Source of the DNA: an uncultured Pirellulaceae bacterium
GTDB lineage: Bacteria; Planctomycetota; Planctomycetia; Pirellulales; Pirellulaceae
Reading direction: 5' to 3'
Length of the DNA: 47,628 bases
Assembly: GCA_964510005.1 (NCBI GenBank)
Contig: CAZDZX010000001.1
Location: 9,926-57,553 of the forward strand
Position numbers and translations under genes: made by a program. The notes below the pieces were generated by a model that was given only the letters and a program-made list of their open reading frames with translations, did no database searches and was not told the DNA's origin. Below, one piece after another: positions 28,353 through 36,082 of this stretch (position 1 is the first letter of the stretch; each line of letters opens with the position of its first letter).

Positions 28353-29405
28353 TCACTGATTTTCAGTGGGCACTTCGCTGGCGTAGCGAAGCCACACAAA
28401 CCAGCCCAGCAGCGACACCAGCAGGATGCAAATCCTAAAGCAAAGAGCCACAATCAGACCACCTGTGGCCTGATAACTCTCGTACATCGTCGACAGCGCC
28501 ACTTCCATTCCTCCGACTCCTCCGGGGAGCGGAATAGAATTCGCAACCATACAAATCGGAGAAATAACTCCGTGCTCGAGAAAGCTTGGATGCTGCGTGG
28601 ATACCGCGTTGGACACCAGCCAGATTGTCGCGGCAAACAAAAGGTTCGTACAAATACTCAAAAAGATGGCCGTTCCAATCACCCGCTTCCGCTCACTGTA
28701 AAGTGCCGCGGCGTCCATTCCCCGTCGAACCAGATCGCCGATTTTGGGAAGACGCTCAAAAGGAGTGAAAATCGGCCACGAGCGGATGCTGGGGAAAAAA
28801 ACGAACGAGAACAGACCCAGAAATCCGCAAATGCTCAGAATCCCGGCCGTGTTGCAGATCGACGCGATGGCCAGCTGCTTTTCTTCTAGCTGCACGTCGC
28901 CGGTCAGGAAGTAGACGTTGAATCGCCAAGCGATGCCTGCGAAGCCCAGCATCACCAACAGCCCAATCACTCGATCAAGGAAAACGCTCAGAATGGCTTC
29001 GGGGATGCGGTCTTTTTTCTCCCGAGCGACATAGAAGGCTCGCAGCGAATCGCCACCCACCACACCGAAGGCAATCACGTTAAAAAAGGATCCGATCAGT
29101 CCCAGACGGATCGCTTGGGGAATTGTCAGCTCCAAGCGAATGGCGTGGGCCAACTGCCTCCAGCGGATGTAGCTGAACATAAAGGCCAGCACCATCGTGA
29201 CCTGAGCCGCCAACAGCCACCAGAGATTTTTCTCTTGATGCCAAAACGTCTCAAACTGTTCGTAGCGAGAGTAGAACAGCCATCCCAACAGAGCAAAAGA
29301 AATCAGAAACTTCAGTACGGTGATCCATCCCGATTTCTTTTTGGCGGGACCGGTGTCAGGTGAAGAACTGGCCGGCGGGCTAAAGGGATTGGGTTCTTTT
29401 GACAT
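28353..29405 (-). CDS. Lysylphosphatidylglycerol synthase TM-domain / UPF0104 flippase-like protein
   Basis: RWRQL, FFNVIAFGVVGGDSLRAFY, DRVIGL and PLPGGVGGME; multi-TM. Confidence 0.9.
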   Translation of the reverse strand: MSKEPNPFSPPASSSPDTGPAKKKSGWITVLKFLISFALLGWLFYSRYEQFETFWHQEKNLWWLLAAQVTMVLAFMFSYIRWRQLAHAIRLELTIPQAIRLGLIGSFFNVIAFGVVGGDSLRAFYVAREKKDRIPEAILSVFLDRVIGLLVMLGFAGIAWRFNVYFLTGDVQLEEKQLAIASICNTAGILSICGFLGLFSFVFFPSIRSWPIFTPFERLPKIGDLVRRGMDAAALYSERKRVIGTAIFLSICTNLLFAATIWLVSNAVSTQHPSFLEHGVISPICMVANSIPLPGGVGGMEVALSTMYESYQATGGLIVALCFRICILLVSLLGWFVWLRYASEVPTENQ

Positions 29406-29424
29406 CTAGAAAAGGCAAATCTAG

Positions 29425-29461
29425 AAAAAACAAAAGCACTTGCGATCAGGCAAGTGCTTTT
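29425..29461 (-). terminator. Intrinsic terminator after rpsU
   Basis: AAAAGCACTTGC-GATCAG-GCAAGTGCTTTT inverted repeat with A/T tracts. Confidence 0.8.
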
Positions 29462-29486
29462 AAATGTACTACAGAATGGTTGTCGA

Positions 29487-29687
29487 CTAGCGACGGTTAG
29501 CGAGCATTCGGTTTCGCTTGGATCGACGCTCTGCTCTCAGGCGAGCACGTCGTTTTGTTTCGCTGGGCTTTTCATAGTACTCGCGGCGGCGCATCTCTTT
29601 TTTGATGCCACTTCGCTCGACAAGCTTTCTAAATCTTCTAACGGCTTCCTGAATTGACTCTTTTTCACGTACCAGCAGCTTTACCAT
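29487..29687 (-). CDS. rpsU: 30S ribosomal protein S21
   Basis: [33 protein letters not shown]; GGAG RBS. Confidence 0.98.
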   Translation of the reverse strand: MVKLLVREKESIQEAVRRFRKLVERSGIKKEMRRREYYEKPSETKRRARLRAERRSKRNRMLANRR

Positions 29688-29809
29688 TGTTTCTCCAAAC
29701 CTAACTGAATCATCCGCGTTCCTTTATGTAAAAACGAAGAAAATGGCTTCGTGCGCAACGCGAAGCGAACCAAAACAACAACTTCTGCGCAAAACCTCGG
29801 GGGTCGAGG

Positions 29810-29839
29810 ATTATAGAAAGTGATCGATTCCATTGTCCA
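29810..29839 (-). promoter_or_regulatory. Putative sigma70 promoter of rpsU
   Basis: TGGACA-N18-TATAAT on the minus strand. Confidence 0.45.
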
Positions 29840-30008
29840 GTGGAAACCAGTGGAAACCTGTTTTTTGTCCGGATTCCTGCATTTTTCCGGACCGCTACAG
29901 ATTTCCTGGACCACCCGAGGCCTATTGTTGGCTGTTTGTCACGATTGAGCCCTAATTTACCGATAAGACAGCCAATGGCTTCCTCTTTTGGCTTATCTAC
30001 CGGTACCC

Positions 30009-30227
30009 ATGTCCGAATCTGAATCTCGATTGCCTGCAGAAGCCTCCGCCGAGATGGAAGAATTGCTCCAGCAACAGCAAGGGGCTATCGATCAACTGGA
30101 CCTGCTGGATCAGCAAATCTTGGCCGTGATCAAAGAAATTGGGGCCCAGCGTAAAGAAGAAGCCTCATCAGAGGAAAATACCTCGCCAGAGCAGATCGAG
30201 AGCCAATCGCTCCCAAAAGCAGCATAA
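30009..30227 (+). CDS. Small acidic coiled-coil hypothetical protein
   Basis: MSESES...LLQQQQGAIDQLDLLDQQILAVIKE heptads; ends in PKAA. Confidence 0.62.
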   Translation: MSESESRLPAEASAEMEELLQQQQGAIDQLDLLDQQILAVIKEIGAQRKEEASSEENTSPEQIESQSLPKAA

Positions 30228-30979
30228 AGCTGTTCTTCGACGAACCGGTCTGCCTCCAAATTCGAGCCTGCTTAAAGCAACCGAATCAGCTTCACCCCGC
30301 TCAGCTTCACTTCGGCTTCTCCTTCTGAGAAAGAACCGAAGCGAGAACAGGTCCTTCTTTCCTACACGGGGATTTCTACCCAAATCCCTCATCCGGCCTT
30401 CGTGCCCCTTTTCCCCAGAGATTAAGAACTCACTGTCCCCCATTTCCTTTACTACAGGGGCGGTTTGCCAACTTGGAAAAGGTTCTTATTTCCTAAACCC
30501 CAGCTCTCAGGTAAGCCAGCCACTCTCTTTAGGACTTGGTTCCTATTGGCGACCCCACATTTTCCAAGCTGCAAATCAATTCCGGATAGAAAACTAAGGT
30601 CTCACTTCTCTGTGCTGAACGCCTGATAGCAGACCGCGTCGGCAGTAACAGCTCTCACAGAATCGTTCCTCAATTGAATCAACCGTTGCAACCATCATAA
30701 CTTACGCACCGATTTCATCTTTCTTGATCCAGAACTGCTATCGAGTCAACCTGGACTGCTTAAGCCACCGAGATTACCGAAAGCAACTGAAACACTCAGT
30801 CAAATCAATTTGGATGATTTGCAAACTCAGGGCTGATTTCGGAATGGTGGCAAATAAGTTGACAGCCTCATTCCCAGTCGAGTGTTTCAGGAGCTATTGG
30901 GTTGGCAAAGCGAAGAATTCGCCCGACCAGGTGCCACCTGCAAGGTTTGAAACGTCAGTAATATTTTGGAGAGTTTACG

Positions 30980-33058
30980 ATGAAATTGGTTAGAAGTCTG
31001 CTGACTTCTGCAGCATTTATTGCTGCAGCTGTCTCTGCCAGCTTCAGCTGGGGTCAATGTTGTGGTGGCGCGAGCTTCGACACTGTTGGCACAGCAGCCC
31101 CCGCAGCTGTAGTGGCTGATGGTGGAGGCTGTGGCTGTAGCTACACCGTTATGAGAACTGTACGTCGCGTTGTTAACGAGCAACAGCAAGTTACTCGCTA
31201 CCGTACTGTTAACGAAACTGTCTACGACAACGTTGAAGTTCCTGTAACTTCAAATCGTCAAGAGACACGATACAGAACTGAGAACTACACAGTTCAAGTT
31301 CCTGTACAAGAAACAGTCAACCGAACTGAGAACTACACAGTTCAAGTTCCTAAAACGTCTACGGTAATGCGTTCTGAGCGGTACACCGTTCAGGTTCCTG
31401 TTAAGGAAACTCGCTACCGCAACGAAAACTACACTGTTCAGCGACCTGTCTGCAAGACAATCTTCGTTGATCAGCCTTACACTGTTCAGGTTCCTGTCCG
31501 CGAAACTTCTTACCGAACAGAGAACTACACAGTTCAGCGTCCTGTTCGTGAGACAAAGCAGCGTACAGTAAACTACACAGTTCAGCGTCCTGTTACAGAA
31601 ACTAAGCAGCGTACTGTCACTACCATGACTCGCCGCCCTGTTACTGTTCAGAAGACACGAACTGAGAACTACCAAGTTCGCATCCCTGTAACAGAAACTC
31701 GCACTCGTACTGTCAACGAGACGGTTCGCGTTCCTGTAACTGAAACTCGCTACCGCACTGTTACTTCACAGACTCGTGTTCCTTACACTGAGAACGTAGT
31801 TGTTAACGGTGGTTTCTACCGAACTGAGACTCAGGTTATTCCTGGCCAGACTACCACTCGCACTGTTAACGGTGCTGCTGGTGCTGCCAGTGCTGGTGCT
31901 GGAATCCTTGGAGGCGGTGGTCTTCTTGGAAACCGTGGCGGCGGACTGCTGTCTCGTCTTGGTGGCGCTGGTGCTGCTTCAGATTGTGGCTGTGCCGCTC
32001 CTGCTCCTGCAGCTGATTGCGGTTGCTCATCATGTGAAACTACGATCACATGTCGCACTCCTGATCGCACTGTGTGCAAGAAGGTTTGGGTTCCTACTCA
32101 GGAAACTAAGCAAGTTACTAAGTACCGTTGCGAGACTAACTCTCAGCAAGTTCCTTACACTGTAACTAGCCACCGTTGCGAAACTCGCTGCAAGCAGGTT
32201 CCTTACACTGTAACTAGCCATCGTTGCGAAACTCGTACACGTCAGATTCCTTACACGGAAACAACTTACGTTTGCGAGCCAAAGTCACACGTTGTAAACT
32301 ACAACGTTACACGAATGGTTTCTGAGCAGAAGTCACGAGTCGAAAACTACTGCGTAACTCGCATGGTTTGCGAAACTAAGAGCCGCCAGGTTCCAGTTTG
32401 CACCACTCGTATGGTTTCACAAACTCGTAACCGTAAGGTTGCTCAGAAAGTTACAGAGATGGTTGCTGAAACACGGACTCGTCAGGTCCCTTACTGCGTC
32501 ACAAAGATGGTTAATCAGTGCCGTACTCGTCAGGTTCCTCACCAAGTTACAACTACAGTTACTGAGACGCGTCAGCGTCAGGTTCCTGTTCAAGTAACTC
32601 GCATGACTACACAAACTCGTAGTCGTCAGGTTCCTTACACTGTATGTGTTCCTGTAACTTCAACACAGACAGTTCGACGTCCTCGCACTGTCTGCCGACA
32701 AGTTCCTTACACTGTAAACGTTTGCGTTCCACGCACTATCGAAGAGCAAGTTCCTGTAACTGTTCAAGCTGCCCCAGCTGTTTCAATCGACGCTTGCGGA
32801 AACGCAATCGGTGGTGGAGCTATCGTTGACGGTGGCTTCGGTGCTTCTGACGCTGGCTTTGCTGGTGCTGGTGCTGGAATCCTCGGCGGAAACGCTGGCG
32901 GAATCCTCGGTGGTGGCGGCCTCGGTGCTGCTGGTGCTGGTTGCGGATGCGGATCACGCGGTGGCGTCCTTCGCGGACTCATCAGCCGAGTTCGTGGCCT
33001 GTTCGCAGGTTGCGGATGCCGCTCAGCTGCTTCTTCTTGCGGTTGCGGATGCAACTAA
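30980..33058 (+). CDS. Secreted YTV-repeat (planctomycete envelope/structural) protein, Cys- and Gly-rich
   Basis: Signal peptide, many YTVQVPV / QVPYTV repeats with 16-aa period, CGC motifs; extreme GTT/ACT/CGT codon bias suggests very high expression. Confidence 0.88.
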   Translation: MKLVRSLLTSAAFIAAAVSASFSWGQCCGGASFDTVGTAAPAAVVADGGGCGCSYTVMRTVRRVVNEQQQVTRYRTVNETVYDNVEVPVTSNRQETRYRTENYTVQVPVQETVNRTENYTVQVPKTSTVMRSERYTVQVPVKETRYRNENYTVQRPVCKTIFVDQPYTVQVPVRETSYRTENYTVQRPVRETKQRTVNYTVQRPVTETKQRTVTTMTRRPVTVQKTRTENYQVRIPVTETRTRTVNETVRVPVTETRYRTVTSQTRVPYTENVVVNGGFYRTETQVIPGQTTTRTVNGAAGAASAGAGILGGGGLLGNRGGGLLSRLGGAGAASDCGCAAPAPAADCGCSSCETTITCRTPDRTVCKKVWVPTQETKQVTKYRCETNSQQVPYTVTSHRCETRCKQVPYTVTSHRCETRTRQIPYTETTYVCEPKSHVVNYNVTRMVSEQKSRVENYCVTRMVCETKSRQVPVCTTRMVSQTRNRKVAQKVTEMVAETRTRQVPYCVTKMVNQCRTRQVPHQVTTTVTETRQRQVPVQVTRMTTQTRSRQVPYTVCVPVTSTQTVRRPRTVCRQVPYTVNVCVPRTIEEQVPVTVQAAPAVSIDACGNAIGGGAIVDGGFGASDAGFAGAGAGILGGNAGGILGGGGLGAAGAGCGCGSRGGVLRGLISRVRGLFAGCGCRSAASSCGCGCN
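31262..32659 (+). repeat. Two intragenic arrays of 48-bp (16-aa) repeats, 11 units each (31262-31789 and 32132-32659)
   Basis: Units counted in the translation; near-identical DNA duplication GTTCCTTACACTGTAACTAGCCAyCGTTGCGAAACTCG in the second array. Confidence 0.88.
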
Positions 33059-33128
33059 GGTTGAGAAGCTAGACGCAACCCCTTGCGTCGACGTTTTCAA
33101 CCCAGGAAGTATTCTGGTCTGAATAATT

Positions 33129-33167
33129 AAGCGACTCGGGCATCATCAGCTCGGGTCGCTTTTTTTT
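33129..33167 (+). terminator. Intrinsic terminator after the YTV gene
   Basis: AAGCGACTCGGGC-loop-GCTCGGGTCGCTTTTTTTT. Confidence 0.85.
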
Positions 33168-33180
33168 GTACACGCCCAAA

Positions 33181-34257
33181 TCACTTCTTACCCGCTCGCA
33201 GCAGATACCGGTCCTTCGCTGCAAACAGACACAACTCTTTCCGATTAAACGCCAACTGGCGGACACGGACGTGCTTGAATCCCAACGAGCGAACTCGGGA
33301 CATCCAATCCGAAACCGAACCCGTCAATTTCCAGTCCGTTAGCTTCAACGTCAGCAACATTCCTTTCACGTTCACGGACTCGTGCTCAACGATCGCCGAC
33401 ACCGTATCTAACGTGTAACCGGGAACCATACTGATATCCGCGAACAACCACTTGGCTTCGCGAAAGTCGCGCCGCTTCACCTCATGACCACGGCGACGAA
33501 TGTGAGTCAAATTCTCATGCATGGCGATGTCTTCTTCCAGCTCCGCCGGATCGACCGCGATCACGCGACAGTCTTTCTCCAGCAACAGCTGACACGCGCC
33601 ACCCGGTGAACTGCCGATCTCGGCGCAGACATCACCGGCTTCCACCGGCAACCCCGACCACAGCAGCCCTTCCTTGAGCTTGAAGTAGGCTCGACTGATG
33701 ACTTCTGTAGACGTGTCAAAGATCGGACAACCGCCGGGCCACCGCATCGCCACGCCGGTCGCAAAGTGATAACCAAACCACCACTCATTGGGCTCCACCA
33801 GACAGACATCGAACACCATCTCGTCCGGATTCACCACTCGATTCAATCGCGTAGCATCAACACCCGAAATCTCTGCCACGATCTCTTGGCCAACCTGATT
33901 TGCTAAAACGGAAACCCCAGGCTCGAAACCACCGGCTCCGGGAAGCCGACGATCACGCTCCCAAACATGGAGCGACGCCGCTTCCTTGGCCGCGTCTTGA
34001 GCCACGATCTGCTTCACCAACTCGCGGCCGTCATTCCCGGTGGCTTTCCCCAGCGACCAACCGTAGCTCCGAGCGAGCACTGATTTTAAATGGAACCGCT
34101 CGGCGGGCCTGTTTTCAGGATCGCACTTAAACGTCACAAACCCCGGCCGAGAATAGGCCAAGCGAAGTTCCGGGTGGTTTGTCAAAATCTCTTCACGCAA
34201 GGTCGCTTCGGCGCCCGCCTGACATACCACAAAAATGAAATTGGCCTCAAATTTCAC
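33181..34257 (-). CDS. FtsJ/RlmM-like SAM-dependent rRNA 2'-O-methyltransferase
   Basis: ISRAYFKLKE, EIGSSPGG, AVDPAEL, FADI, LTLKL and NRKE (K-D-K-E tetrad). Confidence 0.88.
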   Translation of the reverse strand: MKFEANFIFVVCQAGAEATLREEILTNHPELRLAYSRPGFVTFKCDPENRPAERFHLKSVLARSYGWSLGKATGNDGRELVKQIVAQDAAKEAASLHVWERDRRLPGAGGFEPGVSVLANQVGQEIVAEISGVDATRLNRVVNPDEMVFDVCLVEPNEWWFGYHFATGVAMRWPGGCPIFDTSTEVISRAYFKLKEGLLWSGLPVEAGDVCAEIGSSPGGACQLLLEKDCRVIAVDPAELEEDIAMHENLTHIRRRGHEVKRRDFREAKWLFADISMVPGYTLDTVSAIVEHESVNVKGMLLTLKLTDWKLTGSVSDWMSRVRSLGFKHVRVRQLAFNRKELCLFAAKDRYLLRAGKK

Positions 34258-34381
34258 GCTGAATCCCGTTCTCTAAACAAATATAAAAACTCAAACCAAG
34301 CCACCACCAGATAACCGCGAGCCCCTCAATTCAGAGCCTCCGGCGGTCAAGAATCACCGCAGCACGATTCTGTAGAGCCTA

Positions 34382-34416
34382 TGAAAAATCCGTAGCTGGA
34401 CTGGCAACCGTTCAGA
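34382..34416 (+). repeat. Dispersed GTAG-type REP-like element, family 2, copy 1
   Basis: TGAAAAATCCGTAGCTGGACTGGCAACCGTTCAGA; near-identical to 46207-46240; CTGGAC/GTTCAG stem follows GTAG. Confidence 0.7.
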
Positions 34417-34772
34417 AATCGACGACTGCGGCAACTGTTGCAACCTCAACGACGCCCGAAATGCCCCACTCGAAAGATACTCACAGCCTCACGCCGCCCC
34501 ATCATGCTCAAATCAGCCGAAAAGTCCTGCTTTTGAACGATAAAAAGCGGTTTAAATCAGAAATTTCCAACCCGCCGAAGGACGCCGACAGGAAGACTAA
34601 ACGAGTGTTTCACTAAAAGTCAGCCCCCGTCGAGCACCTTGGGCATGCTAGCACAGCATCCCGAAACCCAGTAGATCAACCCGCCCTTTCAAGGTGATGT
34701 TTGTTCAGCAACATCGATGGGATAAGCTTGCGGCATTCAATTTCATGCATGCAGGTGCAAAGGAGAGCCCTG

Positions 34773-36023
34773 ATGTCCGAATCCCTCAAATTCATTCACG
34801 CTTCCGATTTCCATTTGGACCGCCCTATCTGCGGCCTGCCGGAAATCCCCAAGCACCTTCTAGAGACGCTGGCCAGCGCTCCCTATGAATCGGCGCAGCG
34901 AGTCTTTGATTTCGCCATGACCGAGCGAGTCGATTTTGTACTCCTCTCTGGCGACCTGTTTGATCACGACTCCGGATCCGCTCGCGCACCGGCCTTCCTC
35001 CTGAACAACTTTCAACGACTGGCAGAAAACGGAACTCACATCTACTGGTGCGCCGGAGAAACCGATCATCCCGATCGCTGGCCCAGCTCAATCCAACTGC
35101 CCGACAACGTTGTTACGTTTTCAACCGGCATCGTGGAAGAAGCCGAACACCTTCGCAATGGAGTTCCCATCGCCACCATCATGGGTGCAGGTTTCGATCC
35201 CAAGCGTAGAAACGGGGATCACTTCGCCGCCGGACACCGACAAAACACCGTGAACATTGCACTCACCTACGGAGAGATGGAATCGGCCAACCTTGTTGCA
35301 GACGGCATCCATTACTGGGCCATGGGTGGTAAACACAAACCAACACGCCTCGACCGCGCCGGCAGCCACATCTCTTGGCCGGGCACGACTCAGGGTCGCA
35401 CTCCCAAAGAATCGGGTCCCCACGGATTCAACTATGTCCGCGTCGATTCCAATGGGAAATTCAAAATCCAAGCCGTTCAATCGGATCGTGTCCGTTGGTT
35501 GCCTCAGAAAATCGCCATCGCGGAAAACGTCAACAAGAAAGAACTCAAAGAAGCACTCACCGATCGGGCCCTGAAAGTCATTGCTGACACGACGGATCAA
35601 ATCATTCTTTCGCGCTGGTTCCTGGCGACCGATGGCGAATTCAATCCTCGCATCCGCAAGGAAGGCTGGGCGGATGAAATTCTTGAATGGCTTCGCGACG
35701 AGTTTGGCCGCGGCGATAAAGGTCTCTGGTCAACAAGTGTAAACATTGAAACCCCCAAATCGCTTCCGATCGAATGGTACGAGGAAGATACGATTTTAGG
35801 CGAGTTTCTTCGAGTCGTTGGCCGCTACCAGAGCGACGAATCACTCAAAATCAATCTCCACGATTACATGCCCCACTCCGTCAAAGGAGACGTGATGGCT
35901 TCGGCCGCTCACATCTCTCGGGATCGCCGAGAAGCAATCCTGAGAAAATCCGCGATGATCGGCGTCAACTACTTGGCAGCCCACAAAGATATCAAAGAAG
36001 TCAACGCGGACACGACCCTCTAA
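34773..36023 (+). CDS. yhaO: YhaO/SbcD/Mre11-like metallophosphoesterase with degenerate motifs
   Basis: KFIHASDFHLD, LLSGDLFD and PGTTQGR; directly upstream of a YhaN-like ATPase. Confidence 0.85.
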   Translation: MSESLKFIHASDFHLDRPICGLPEIPKHLLETLASAPYESAQRVFDFAMTERVDFVLLSGDLFDHDSGSARAPAFLLNNFQRLAENGTHIYWCAGETDHPDRWPSSIQLPDNVVTFSTGIVEEAEHLRNGVPIATIMGAGFDPKRRNGDHFAAGHRQNTVNIALTYGEMESANLVADGIHYWAMGGKHKPTRLDRAGSHISWPGTTQGRTPKESGPHGFNYVRVDSNGKFKIQAVQSDRVRWLPQKIAIAENVNKKELKEALTDRALKVIADTTDQIILSRWFLATDGEFNPRIRKEGWADEILEWLRDEFGRGDKGLWSTSVNIETPKSLPIEWYEEDTILGEFLRVVGRYQSDESLKINLHDYMPHSVKGDVMASAAHISRDRREAILRKSAMIGVNYLAAHKDIKEVNADTTL

Positions 36024-36082
36024 CAAACACACTCGGCTGAGTTCAATGATTGATCAGCCATCACCAGACAAAGGAGTTTGCG

